A program made the position numbers and the translations under genes. 64,000 nucleotides of DNA from Eledone cirrhosa (taxonomy: Eukaryota): NCBI GenBank assembly GCA_964016885.1, contig OZ024743.1, forward strand, positions 16,802,001-16,866,000, written 5' to 3'. Positions 12,532 through 26,300 of this stretch are shown here, one piece after another. The notes beneath the pieces were generated by a model. It was not told the DNA's origin. It saw only the letters and a list, made by a program, of their open reading frames with translations, and did no database searches. Each line of letters opens with the position of its first letter. Position 1 is the first letter of the stretch.

Positions 12532-14934
12532 TCTATATCCCCCACATTGGATAAAGCCTTAGCATTCGCCAAAGCCAATTCTGACCTAACAGACGACGAG
12601 ATAAAAATCATGCTAGCTGCTAGGAAAACAATAATTTAATTTGAAAACGCCTATTGGGAACGTAAGGATAGATTAAATAACTTTGACAGCACGATGGGGG
12701 CTAACGACTCGGCTCAAGTCACAGATTTAGTAGGTATTTACATAGCCCATAGTTTACAGAGTGAGTTTAGCGCCCTTCACGGTGGGATCTACAGAGACAA
12801 CGCCCTTCTTCTAGTTAAGAACCTAAATAACCAGAGCATATAAAGACTACGTAAGAATATTAGATGGACTCTCGGGAAACTAGGCCTTATCATAATGTAT
12901 GAGTATAGAATTAAAACAGTTAACTTTCTAGACGCGACGCTTAACCTAAATACGGGACTTATAAGACCTTTTCACAAGATTAATGAAAACTTCGCATACA
13001 TCAACTGTAACTGAAACCACCCACTATCGATAATTAAATCCATTCCACGCAGCGTATACCTTAGGATCTCCCGCCTCTCGTCTAACCGACAAATCTTCGA
13101 GGAACATGCAGAATACTACAATACCGCATTAGACAAGGCAGGATACTTAGATAGAGTAGAATATATAGATGAAAGCCTCCGCAAAGCGCACACGAACACG
13201 CATAACACAAACTTCGGAAACACACGCACACACGCATTTACGCATAGCACTACACATTATACGGTAAATAGAAATACAACATCGAAATAAAACATGTCAT
13301 GCAGTAGAAAATATATTAGTACTAACCTACCCTCTACCTTCTTTAGAATAATAAATAAGCACTTTCCAGATTCACATAGATACAGCAAAATCCTTAACAC
13401 TAAATCTATTAGACTATCTTACTCCACGGCACCAAATATAGAGGCACACATCAAGATGCTTAACGCTAAAAAGATACAAAAGAACACCAGAACACAAATG
13501 TATAACAATAACAATACAATCACCATTGGACACAACAGAATATCTAATAGACAACCACCCATTAATAGGCAAACAAAATAGAACACACTTGTACAGGTAT
13601 CGCAGCCCACCAATAATGCCAAAGTTGCCCATGACAAGAATTGTAAATGTCACCTACCTGAAACCTGGCCATTACATAATGAATGTATGCAGTCTAACCT
13701 GGTTTACCAATGCACAGTGGTATCAGACAACCAGAAATGGTATTACATCGGAGCGACTGGGAATACATTTAAAGCCCGTTGGTATACACACCGTTACGCA
13801 ATTAAACATTCCCACCATCGTTATGTAATTACCCTTGCAAACAAGACCTGGCAACTGAGGGAAAGTAACCATCAATACACCCTGAAGTGGAAAAAATTAT
13901 CGAACGCGCCCCCATATCGGAGTGGTATGAGACGATCTCGATTATGTGACCTTGAGCTGTTCCACATTTTGAGTTCGAAGAATAAGTTACTCAACAATAA
14001 AATCGAAAGATCATTTTATTATAACCATAGGCTCAAATAAAAGTTTTCGCACTACAAGTGCAAATCGAACCCTTAAACTCTTACTACCAACTGACAAACT
14101 GCATATAATTAGACATTATACCCTCTTATTGTATCTAACCCCTTTAATTACCCACAAAACCAATAACTATATCCCTCCCTTCTCCTTCATTCCTCTTCTA
14201 TTTCTTCGTTTTCTTCCTTTCTTCCCCTCCCCATTTTGGCTATCTTTTCTTTTCTTCTTTTTCCCGCCTTCTTTGCTTTTATTTTTGTAATTATTATCTT
14301 TATCTTTATTTTTTATATATATATTATTCTCTTTATATCTCCCTCCTCTCTTTCTCTCTCTCTCTCCATCCCTCCTACTATGATGAATTTAATTCTCTTT
14401 AACTCACTACAACCGACGACATGAAGTCTACGTATCAAAACTGATCAAGGAATCCTTCCACCTATACCCCTCCCTCCATCTCAGTTTGTCCCTCTACTTC
14501 CTAACTCTTCTACCATTTCCTCTCTCTATATACTATTACGTTTGTCCCCTCACCTTCTAATTCCTCTTCCTCTCTCTCTATACTAGTAAATACAATTCCA
14601 AAAGATGTTTTTCTCTATATATTAAAACTATTTCACGAGTAACTTACTCACTATTTTGAAAACTTGGACGTGAACAACAATTATAATTGAGTGGCTGCTA
14701 TTTGCAGTATAGCAATATAAGGTTTCACTTACCAATGAAACGGTCGTAAAAACCTGGATAAAATCCTTCTCTTAATGCTTACCTGTGTTTTCTCTTTTAT
14801 ACTTTATACTCCAAGATTGAACGGAATTCTTACAAACTTGTGGAGTTACCCCTAACCGTACGTTGAAACCGTCCACGAAACTGTCTTTCTTAACCTCGAA
14901 CTGGACCACAATGAGCAATTTTCTGCTTTCCTAA
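12532..14934 (+). mobile_element. Penelope-like element (Naiad-like), 5'-truncated RT plus C-terminal GIY-YIG endonuclease plus pLTR; pseudogenised
   Basis: FDSTMGANDSAQVTDLVGIY, GGIYRDNAL, VNFLDATLNL, NHPLSIIKSIP, LVYQCTV...YYIGATGNTFKARWYTH (ORF 13687-14040), then a pyrimidine-rich 3' region. The PLE call is strong; the Naiad subclade is from remembered motifs and is less certain. Confidence 0.88.
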
Positions 14935-15301
<367 letters not shown>

Positions 15302-15493
15302 GACACCTCAGGGCCGGGACCTTCCTCAAGCTATAGGGACAGTAGCCTTGGCACACCGAGCTCAAGGTAAACCACTCCTACACACTCACCACCCCTACTC
15401 TGGCCTCGATCGACTCATACTTATAAATATGCCCATGCATAGATACTATTGTTTTAAATTATACATACATAGATACTTGCATGTATATGTACG

Positions 15494-15548
<55 letters not shown>

Positions 15549-15556
15549 TTATATAA

Positions 15557-15607
<51 letters not shown>

Positions 15608-15644
15608 CATGTGTGTGTGTGTGTATGTATATATAGTGTATGTA

Positions 15645-15681
<37 letters not shown>

Positions 15682-16357
15682 GGAATGCACCTGAGCCTGT
15701 GTTTGTGCGTTGACATACACACATATGTACTTTATGCCGATATAGGAATTGTAGTCCTTTGCATTTGTAGATTTTGACACTCAGGTTTTTGGTGTTTTAC
15801 ATCCACTTTTGTCTCATGTGCTCTTACAACGCCCCACCCGATAATCGCGTAAGAATTGTAATTCTTTATACTTCTGACACACAGGTTTCCTACTTCAGTT
15901 AATATTGTTCAAATCTCTCAAATTTTGATATTGGTAGTAACACACACGCATTTTTTTTTTTTATTTGTTTGGCACCCCCACCACTTTAAATGGTGGCAGG
16001 ATAGATGCCAACCCACACACACATTCTTCTTAAACATTGCAGCAGCACACTAAAACTGACCTACAGCCTGACCCCTTAACACCACTACCACTACCAACAC
16101 AATGGAGGAGGTCAACTGTACCTAAACAAAATCTACTACAACAGAATGTCTTGCCTCACAAAACTTTCTATAAACTCTTCACTAAAGAATGTTCTCACAA
16201 CTGACTAATGGGAGGCCGAAATTCGTTTGCTCTAAACCATATGATTCCAGTTCCCAAGAGAAATAACAACACTACGAGGAGATGGCCATATCGAGAGATT
16301 GACGGAGTAAAACACACTTCAACAACATGTGTTCCTGTCCTTCCCACACCAATTCGG

Positions 16358-16412
16358 ACTGCCTAAAGAGGTCACAGCGAATGATGGCTGTCACCGAAAT
16401 ATATATAGCAGT
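16358..16412 (+). ncRNA. Minimal hammerhead motif with mutated core (CTAAAGA)
   Basis: ACTGC-CTAAAGA-GGTCACAGC...GCTGTCACC-GAAA-TATATA-TA-GCAGT. Confidence 0.7.
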
Positions 16413-16590
16413 ATATCTATAATTTGTAATAGACGAAGTCAAATTTTACATATTAGACTTAATTATTTTACATTACTCCGGAGTAAACAAACCAACTAGC
16501 GTACTACGTCGAGTACTCCAATCTGCATACTAAGGTAAACAACAAACATATACTCAAGATATATATATATATGAATGTGTTGTGTATTCT

Positions 16591-16593
<3 letters not shown>

Positions 16594-16650
<57 letters not shown>

Positions 16651-16651
16651 C

Positions 16652-16686
<35 letters not shown>

Positions 16687-16690
16687 GAGA
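16594..16690. repeat. (GA)n microsatellite
   Basis: Directly visible. Confidence 0.97.
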
Positions 16691-17089
16691 GTTGATAAAC
16701 AAATATTAATGGGATATGTTGATAACAATTTCGACAGTAAATTTTTTTCTCATAATATAGAGGAGAGAAAAAGAAAAATCATTTTTTTGAAATTGGGGAT
16801 GGTTTTATTGACGCAAAAAATATCTAGATGCAAGCAGATTAATTTCTCTAAAAAGTGCTATGCGTAAGATAACGGTTTGTTCAGGTGAGATATTTACTGT
16901 GATGAGGTACACATTTGAATTCCTTATTGAAATAGGATATTATGTTTCACAATGCTAGGCAAATATAATAGATAAATAATGTATGTATAATGCCCCTGAA
17001 TGAAAAAAAAAAGGATAGGCAAATATTTGGTTTGCCGGAACAACGCGTTACCGTTACTCCTACTTAATTCCATATATATAGCCATAGCA

Positions 17090-17155
<66 letters not shown>

Positions 17156-17326
17156 AATACATAATCGGAGAAAGCTAATAGCGATAGTCCGGCCAAATTC
17201 CACTCACTCAACAAACATTAGGAAATACCTGAGTATATTCCTAATTAAACGTTCGGGGTTCTAACTAATTGTATTGTGAGGAAAATTGGCTGTATCATTT
17301 CATATGAGGTATATCAAATATATCTC

Positions 17327-17456
17327 TTCCCAGACGGACGACTCGTTTCACTATGAGATTTCCACAAGTTGGGTGAAATTATACCAATTTATGTAGAAGT
17401 TTGTATAAAATCAACAGATACTTATTCAAGTGGGCTCTTATAATTCTTCAGTGGGT
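17327..17456 (-). ncRNA. Hammerhead motif with a long (about 95-nt) stem II region
   Basis: - strand: CCCA-CTGAAGA-ATTATAAGAG...CTCATAGT-GAAA-C gagtcgtcc G-TC-TGGG. Confidence 0.6.
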
Positions 17457-17941
17457 GCCCAATAATATTATTATTGATAACCAAATAAACATCAATATTT
17501 AGCGATAATCACCATCAGTGCTTGAGGGAGCTGCTAGGTTGTTAATCCAGCAGCTCTAAAGAAAATCTCACACTGTCTCGAAAATAGGAGGAAGGAGATT
17601 ACCGCCAAAAAACAATACATGCACAGGTCAATGAATTCTGAAAAGAATTCAAGCCACGTGCTATAACTCAATTGGATATGAAAAAATAACCATATGTGCA
17701 CCACGCTTGATGACACACAGATATTTTCTCGGGCAAAATAACAGAATGAGATACAAGAACAAACAATCAATATTGATATATAAAAATAAACAAAGATATA
17801 TATATATATATATATATATAACCACCACCCCACTCTCATGAGCGTGATATTAATAAATATTTGTTTGTACTGCCTCTCTGTTTTGTTCCCGTTCAATTTT
17901 TCATTATATATATATATATATGTATATAAATATATACCTAT

Positions 17942-18137
17942 ATAACGAAGGATATGTGGTAAGAAACCAGATGGACCATGAGGCAGCAGAGTACTCAATA
18001 CTTGGGGTAGTAGAGTGGGTAATAGGAGAAAGTATGACCCCGACGGCAGAGCTCAAGCCGTCTCGACGGCTATTTCTGGACTAAAATAGCCGACGAAACG
18101 ATTTGAGCTCTACCGTCGGGGTCATACTTTTTCCTAT
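17942..18137 (-). mobile_element. 'TTCTGGAC' family pLTR remnant with fold-back
   Basis: 18022-18075 and 18083-18137 are inverted copies. Homologous to 60711-60911. Contains the GAAA/stem III/GTC half of a hammerhead. Confidence 0.8.
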
Positions 18138-18142
18138 ATACC

Positions 18143-18175
<33 letters not shown>

Positions 18176-18189
18176 ATTTATATATATAT

Positions 18190-18242
<53 letters not shown>

Positions 18243-18245
<3 letters not shown>

Positions 18246-18378
18246 GGATTTGTGATAAGGAACCAGATGGACTATGACGCACCAGAGTACTCAATACTTA
18301 GGGTAGTAGAGTTGGTAATAGGAGAAAGTATGACCCAGACGGCAGAGTTCAAGCCGTTTCGACGGCTATTTCTGGACA
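18243..18378 (-). mobile_element. 'TTCTGGAC' family pLTR remnant without fold-back
   Basis: Direct repeat of 17945-18081, ending at the same TTCTGGAC. Confidence 0.8.
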
Positions 18379-18950
18379 TATTGGCACATATATTGCCACA
18401 ACATTCTCTAAATGGGTATAAAAAAATTCCAAAATACGGGCACGGAATTGAATGTACTTGTTGACGTGACAGTCATAATTTCAGTTATAACCGATCATAT
18501 TACATTTATAAAACAAAAGCCTTCGTGAGCCACTTGTGTTTTAAGTAAAAATAAATTCAAACACAAACTGGCGCAAAAGCTGATGTATTTATTCACGTGA
18601 CTGCTTCAACCAACCAAACTTCACTTATATATGGAAAAAACAACCTGACCCCCCCCCCCCCCCCCCTGGCTTGAAGAACTTTTAACCCGAACTAGCGCTA
18701 AATTTATTATACTTATTCACCAACCAACCAAATTACTTCTCTAAAAAACCTGGCATTTCGAGCCACTTATTTCCATATACAACATAAATAACATTCAAAG
18801 ACCAACCAGATGTGAGAAAAACCACAGACTCTCTATCACAACTCTACTTTTGAAAAGCAGAAGAACCGCGAAACCGATAAAGGAACCAAATAAATATATA
18901 TTTAAAAAAAAAAAGGCTCCAGTTGCATTTTCGACTTCATCTTTTTTCCT

Positions 18951-19002
<52 letters not shown>

Positions 19003-19111
19003 TAAAACGAATTCCAGCTTTGTCTGATTTACTCGTTTTATCTGATTTATTCCTTTAAAATTATATTATAATGAAATATGATGGTAGAATATTAAATGTT
19101 AAATGTTAATT

Positions 19112-19155
19112 GAACAAAGTACTTTCATGCTTTCGCAATCTTCAGGTTATATTCA
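19112..19155 (-). ncRNA. Minimal hammerhead motif in PLE pLTR
   Basis: - strand: TAAC-CTGAAGA-T-TGC gaaa GCA-T-GAAA-GTAC-TT-TGTT. Palindromic GTAC stem III. Confidence 0.7.
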
Positions 19156-19569
19156 GTGGTGACAGTCGAGTTTGTAATTTTCAACTGTAATGTGAAGGCT
19201 AAAATCTGTGCCTTATATACAGTAACAAGGGGCTACAGAATGATAAGTTTTGCAAACTGTATTTCGATCAATCGGTGTGTGGTTTTACTAGATTACGAAA
19301 GCTGATTGGTTTAGGCGTAACGGTTGGCTGAGCATGTCTAACGACTTCTATTTGACCCTATCCAAAGCATCAAATGTTTGCTATTTTTGGAAATGATGAA
19401 AATAGCGTTTTCTAGGGTTTTTATGAAAAAATATTCAGTAATCATCAACATCAACATCACGTTTATTATTATTGTTATTGTTGTTGTTGTTATTAGCGGT
19501 TGTAGTCGACATGGTCGTAGGCGTAGTCATAGTAGAAGTAATACCCCTAAGCATTATTATTGTTCATTT

Positions 19570-19756
19570 GGGCGGTGGATTGGCAGTATCGGTAGAGGGT
19601 CGTACGTCATGCTTTGACGCATAGAGTTACGGCCCTTTCCATTCTGAGTTCAAATCCCGCCGAGGCCAACTTTGCCTTTCATCCTAACGGTGTCGATAAA
19701 ATAAAGTACCAGTAATGTACTGAATCATTGCTGACCTTGTGCCAAAAGTAGAATCA
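19570..19756 (+). mobile_element. tRNA-derived SINE, copy 2
   Basis: Same family as 1273-1458. Perfect 17-bp target duplication ATTATTATTGTTCATTT at 19553-19569 and 19757-19773. Confidence 0.92.
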
Positions 19757-20687
19757 ATTATTATTGTTCATTTAGCTTGGGTTGGAATTTATCAATAACA
19801 TTCTTTTCTTAAATTTTTTTTTTGATTTCACTTGGGTTGTGTAGTTTGTAGAATGGAAATATTATAAATATTTTCTGACCACATGTAGCTTGATGGTTAG
19901 TCAGGGGTATCTGACGGACATTTGGGTCTCTGATTTGTTGTCGGTGCACCCGCGCACGTTCCGATAGTGCATTTCCAGTTTGACCGACATATAGTTCTTC
20001 ACAATTCGGTCATTTAATGCAGTAAATTAGATTTCTGCTTTTGCAGTTCATATTTGCATTTGGGAATATTTTTCCAGTTTTTTGTGTTCATATATTGAGC
20101 AGTATGTATGAAGTGACATGTGCCACATCGACTATCATTGCATTTAGATTCAGTGAATGATTGGTATTTGTTGTTAAGTTCAAACTTTGCCTTTGTTAGT
20201 AATTGATTCACATTTTTCGGCTGTCTTTTACTAAGAATCAAAGCTCGGTCTTTGATTAAACCTTTTAATTCATTACTTTGAGCAATGATCGGTAGGTTTG
20301 CTTTGGCAGTGTTGATGATATTCTGGTGACATCGGTTGTGTGTCATTATAAATGGTATGACCAGTTCTTGGTTTCTTCTTCTTTAGGTTGTCCTAAGTTG
20401 TTGTATAGGTATTTTTATAGCCCGCTGTATGCCATTTTCTATAAGTAGAGATGGGTATTTTTGTTTGAGCAAAAATTCTCAGTTCTGTCTAGGCGTTTGT
20501 TCCTGGTATTCGTATCTTCTAGAATGGTGCAAATTCTTCTGGCTAGGCAGTATGGGATGTTGCGTTTTGTATGAGGTGGATGGCACGACTTTAGATTCAG
20601 ATATTGATGGGTGTCTGTGTGTTTATAGTATATATTCGTGGTAATGGTGGTGTCGTTTTTTATTACAATTATATCTAGGAATAGTAA

Positions 20688-20748
20688 TTTGGTACTACTC
20701 ATCTCTTTTGTAAAATTCTATTATACAAAAGAGATGAGTATTACCAAA
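20688..20748. repeat. Short fold-back hairpin at the 5' truncation point of the PLE
   Basis: TTGGTACTACTCATCTCTTTTGTA / TACAAAAGAGATGAGTATTACCAA, 11-nt spacer. Confidence 0.85.
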
Positions 20749-23045
20749 AGGTTAATATCGTGCGAAAGTGGTTAGTGGTGTTGTGGGTACGTGGCTACTG
20801 GGGGGAAGTTCATTCATTAGCTAGGGTCCAATTGCGTTCTTCTCCACGATTCCTTAAGGATAACTTCTGGAGATTTCAGTAAACGTGCAAAATATGAAAA
20901 GCAATGAAAACTATACGCTTTTTACCGTCACCTCTTAAGGGGCAAATGCATTTGTTGATGTAAAGACTCTAAACGACTGCAGAGGTATTGGTGACATTAG
21001 TTAAGAATTCTGCCATAATGTAATCGTGTACGGTGAAGCTTAAATGAAGGACATATCCTTCAATATCGTTCCGTTTTATGTAAAGTAACTTTCTATGATA
21101 GACTAATAACACTTTACATTGCGGACACATATATAAGATCTATGAGATTAGAAGCAGAATAAAACTAAAACCGTTATTAAACGTGGAAATACACCGGTAC
21201 TTATTTATTTAGCATATATATCATTTTCAAACGCGTATAATTTAAAAATAAGGGATATATATTCTATACACTAAATGGTATGCCAATTTCAAATCCAACA
21301 TCAACAACAATTAAATGTGCACTTTTAAGTCTTATATAGATATGTGCTACTTATAAGAACATCTCCATATACCCTCAAACGCACACAGTACACAGTTATC
21401 TAGTCTATAATGTGCTGGCAGTCTATAATGCTTTAGCAAACTATGCAAATAACAAAACAATGAAAAGTTCCCTAGAACACCTGTTCCGCCAAAACGGACA
21501 CATTGTTTTCTTTCGTCTAACCATGCAATACGTATTCATAAATAATAATATTCTGCTTCTATATAAAAAAAATAAACATACGCTTCCGGTTATTTTGGCA
21601 ATGACCGATTGAATTTTCTATGAATACTTACTGGTATAGGATGGAATATGTAACAACCTGTCTCTTTTCAAATGCATCGTATTAATTTTAGTGATCGAAT
21701 ACACTGTTGTTGTTATCGGCCTAATATTAGATTTTTATATTCATTTTGATGTTATTTCCCTCACAAGATCACTAAAGGCTGTTTCAGTTATTTGTGATTT
21801 GCATCATTAGTTTTTTTCATACTATCGTAAAGCACAGAGCATACTCAAATATTGATGAATGCTATATCTGACTAACGAGTGCCAACATTAACAAAAACAA
21901 AATGAAATATATATAAAAGGTAAAATATATATACGACATTGACGACGACAATGACGATGACCATGATGACTATGATGATGATAATATTGATAAATACTTT
22001 AATGATAAATATGTAGGTACCCAGAAAAAGATGTATCAGGAGGATAATGCCAATGAACTGAATTTCTCTATTTTATTAGATTCCATTTGTTTTTAATGAG
22101 CACAGCTGCGTTAACTCTACTAACATTCAAATCAGACATTTCACATTTTGGATTGTTTTTCTTTGTTGCTTTATTTTTACTAGATTGTTGAAACTAAGAA
22201 GAGTACAAAATAAAATATGTGGAACAGAAAGAAAGCATTGTGAGCATGTAAATAGGCTGTAAAAATATATGGCAACTTTCGCTTAAATATTCATAACTTG
22301 AAAATTATACAACATAAATAGAAATATTTTGTGGTGAATGAAGATTGCATATGTATTGATAAAGTTTGTAGAGTCAATGACTATTTACTTTAATGCTGAG
22401 AGCAAACTTGTATATAAGTCCAATCAAAGACTTCCAAAACAACTAAAACAAACAATTGCTCCAAACAAAGATTCGCAGGTAACATTGAATTACATAACAA
22501 AACACGTTAAATACCTATAGGAATCATATCACACTCGCTAATCGTGCTTTGAAAAAAGAATATCATCTATGCTGTCATTCAATCTGACAGATTAGGATGC
22601 AAAATATTTCAAGTGAGATCCTCAGGTTTTACAAAGGGTATGAATCAATGGATAAAGCCCATGACAAATTGTCTGAACATCTGATGGTTTGATCATAGAG
22701 ATCGTGAATTTTGATGCAAATGATCCCCACTTGTTTTTATGTACGTCTAAACAATAATAACAATATTATCTTTTCGAAAGTAGCAACAGGAATAGCAAAA
22801 TCATACTTCTATACTGTGAATGAATGAAGCAGACACATTTAATTGTCTGACTTGTCTCCTTCATGAAATTTCGGCTATGGCAAGTAGCCAGAGGTGATTT
22901 AAACTGCTGTCTTGTTTTTGACGAATGAGACGCAATTTTGTATACAATTGTGTTGAAAACACAAATTTCAGGCCGGTTGATTAGATTTATGCGGAGTTTA
23001 TGCGTAAGTCTAATGTTGTTTTGTTTGTGTACTCAGTGCTGATTT

Positions 23046-23102
23046 AATAATAATAATAATAATAATAATAATATTAATAATAATAATAATAATAATAATA
23101 AT
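23046..23102. repeat. (AAT)n tract, left boundary of the retrotransposon cluster
   Basis: Directly visible. Further tracts at 29090-29115, 30913-30989, 34628-34662, 34962-35017, 39532-39616, 44169-44201, 50223-50264 and 56303-56337. Confidence 0.98.
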
Positions 23103-23352
23103 GATTTCTTTATTAACCACAAGGGTTTACATAAAGTAGACATTAAGGACAGTGCAGGACAATGCAGGACGGTACAAATGGGCATTTCTGCGTGTAAAAA
23201 ACAAAAACAGAGGATGTAACAAAAAATAACAATGAAAAATTCCCCAATAGGGGGCAGACTTCGGAAGGACATTTGTGGAGAAAGCCCAGTAAAAAGCCAC
23301 AATGACCCTGACCACCAAGGCAAGTGCCCTCTCCCAGTTTTCCACCTTTAAT

Positions 23353-26300
23353 TTACAGATATAGAGTAGGCCCATTCACTCGGGCCATTCTTGCTTCTCT
23401 CACCCATCTTTCAACAAAATGGTGGGAAGAGAGCACTTCCCTCTCTACTCTGATTTTCCTTTTCAAATGAAATTTGAAAAAGTCAATCAGAGCATCAGCG
23501 AAGAGGTAAGTGCTCGTCTTCAGCCCTTTCAAACGTGTCCACCATACTATATCTTTCGCCATGGCCACCAGACAGATAAAAACTGCCTGCCCTTCCCGGC
23601 TAAAGGAGGAGGGCGGGGCAATCCTCACGATGGACTCAGATGATAGCCGGATCCGTCCTAAACGCGACAGCAGGTGTTCGAGATAAACCCACAAGTCAGC
23701 AGTTTTCGGACACTGGACGAGTTCGTGCAGGACGGTTTCGTCGCCCTGCGCGCATCTCGGACATGTCCGGCTGACGGTACCACAATGCCTGTAGAGTTTA
23801 TCCCGAACTGGCAAGGCTCCTCGGTAGCACTGCCAGGCCAGAGATTTCTGGAAGTTGTCCATAGGCCCTGGCCCGAAAGTTCTTCCGAAGAGATTGGCGT
23901 TGATTTTCGTCGACGCCTAGAGTTTCCCCAAGTACGACGTCGCTCTTCCCCTCCACTAATCCTCTATAGAACGCCGAGGTGGAGTTTCCACCGATCACAT
24001 TGCCCGATTGGTCGAGGGCTGTGAGCGCCTGAAGAAATTCCAGTCTCCAGGCGCTTCCACTCGGTCTTCGCTTGACCAAGGACTGCAGCTCCGTCAAGGA
24101 AACGAGCTGGGGAAATACGTGTCTAACAAACGGCGACCACACCTGATCACCGTCGAGGAAGAGGTGGAGATGTCGTAGCCTGAGCGCGTGCCTGCGCATC
24201 AACAGCCACGGCATGCCCAGCCCTCCACGTAGCGGGTGTTGACAACAGATGGACCGCCTGACCATCGGAGCGCGTCCCTTCCACAAAAAGCGAAAGAGAA
24301 AACGCTCCAGCGCAGTCAGGCGAGGCTTAGGACAAGGTACGACGGTCAGGCGGTAGCAGATGACAGACGCGATGTACGCGTTAGCCACCTCCGCTCGACC
24401 TTTCAGGGATAGCTTCCTCTTCGCCCATTTCTGGGTGAGAGAAGCCACCCTGCTCTTCACCTCGTCCCAATGTTTTGTCCGTCTGGAGGTCCGGACCGAA
24501 CCAGACCCCTAGCAATTTAACCGGTCCGACCGTGCAGCGTCCGACGACGCAGTTGGACTGCATGGATCTGACTCTCCAGGTGCCGAGCTGCAGGCCCACT
24601 GACTTTTCCTGGTTGATCATTGCTACTGTCACCGCTTCGTATTCTCTTAGTGTAGTTCCGATCGCCTCGATGTGTTTGGCGTTCGACACCGCAACGTTGA
24701 CATCATCCGCATATGCTGACACGGATCTTCCGCATCCTAGTTCGGGCAGGACACCCCTCAACGTCTCCAGTTTGTGCAGTAATGGCTCGAGAGTCAATAC
24801 GTACAAGAGGGAGGAGAGGGGACATCCTTGGAGGACCGAGCGCATGATGTCGAACGGTTCCGAAAGGTGACCGTTCACTCTCACCACAGAGCAGATGTCG
24901 CTGTGCCTGGCAGCGATCCAGCCTCTGAAGACGGGCCCAAAGCCAGCTGCCCTCAGGACTGCCGCTAGGTAACGATGGTCGATCCTATCGAAGGCTTTCG
25001 ACTGATCTAAATTGATCAAGGACTCACCCGTGCCAGGTTCCCTAGCTACCCTCTCTACGATGTATCGCATGGGGTGGAGGTTATCGTGGATGGATCTGTC
25101 GGGAATGGCGCATGTCTGCGCCTCTCCCACCAGACCACCAACGACAAGCGCCAAACTCTTTGCTAGCACCTTGGCCAACATCTTGAACTCCGTGTTTAGC
25201 AGAGTTATGGGCTGGAAATTATCTATGTTATCCCCCTTGTTCGGATCCTTTCTCAGCAGTGCCACCGCTCCTCGGCTCACAGAACTGGGAATTCTCCCGT
25301 GCTGTTGCCAGTTGCAGTAGACGTCCGCTAAGAGGCCTCCGAACAAGTCTGGCATCTGTACGTAAAGTTCATAGGGCAGACCATCCAAACCAGGCGATTT
25401 ACCCCTTGTACAGCCAGTCATTGCCTCCCTTACTTCAGCGGCTGTTATCAGCTTTTCGCAACACTTCGCCTCAGTGGCCGAGAGCCGCGGCAGTCCGTCG
25501 TGGTAGACATTAAAGTCCATCCCTCGACCCGGCCCACCGCTGCCCCCTAACAGCTGAGCGAAGTGTCGCTGAAAAGCTTCACACATTTGCCCGGGATCGA
25601 GTAGAATGCACCCTTCGTGGTCCACCAAAGACCGTATCGTGGCTTTGTTGCCACGACGCGCCTCCGCCACTCGGGCCCATTGAACGGCTTTCGTCCCCTC
25701 GTGTCTGAGAGCACGCACCCTAGCTCTGACTACGCAGCCTTCGTGCTTTGCATTGAAGAATTGGTCATGGGCCAATTTCGCCGCAAGCACGTCGGTCGCA
25801 ATGCCTTTGCTAAGCGCCTCGTCTAATTTTCTAACTAGTTCTCCCTCTGCTCTATTTTTCTCTATTGCTAAAGCCTTACTAAAGCTAATGTACTCTATTC
25901 TAATCGCTCTTTTCAGAGCAAATCACCACTTGTGGTTGACGATGGCCCCCGTCAATGCCCGCTTAACTAGTTCGCTAATCCGGTCTCTGTAGGCCTTACG
26001 CGCTGGTAAGGACGCGTTTAGCTTCCAGTAGCCGGGTCCTCGTCTATGAAGCCTATCTAAGTCAAGCACACAGATCACGAATTTGTGGTCCGTGTAGCTG
26101 ACTATCTTGAATTGTGGACAGCCTATGCTAGACCTATCTATTTCCCTACAAAATACTCTATCTAGCTATGATCTGGATGACCTTATGCGAATTGTCCAAG
26201 TCCACATTGGCACATTCGGAAAATCCAATCGGTACCTGTCAGACAGTTCAAAACGCCTGAGCAGGTTGGTGAGGCTTTTGCACCCCCCACCCTTCTCCGC

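Larger units (their letters stand above)
19000..20712 (-). mobile_element. Penelope-like element (Neptune/Poseidon-like), 5'-truncated, decayed, interrupted by a SINE
   Basis: - strand: LLFLDI..YYKHTDTHQYLNLKSCHPPHTKRNIPYCLARRICTI, KCNDSRCGTC, NCKSRNLIYCI..NCEELYVGQTG (GIY-YIG). Hammerhead at the 3' end next to (TA)n. Confidence 0.85.

Noticed and set aside
13012-13014. In-frame TGA in the Naiad-like ORF as possible selenocysteine
   Set aside because: The inverted arm has TCA (Ser) at the same position in S-N-H-P, so this is an ordinary nonsense mutation.
14680-14760. Hammerhead in the Naiad-like pLTR (GAAA-CGGTCG-TA)
   Set aside because: The 3' half looks right, but neither arm shows a convincing CTGANGA at a compatible position.
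20760-23040. Unique AT-rich stretch with short ORFs
   Set aside because: No motifs, repeats or coding signal that I can support.
23146-23175. Three 10-bp repeats (AGGACARTGC) in the Tx1-like 3' UTR
   Set aside because: Real but short, absent from the diverged copy at 63.3 kb, and with no evidence of function.
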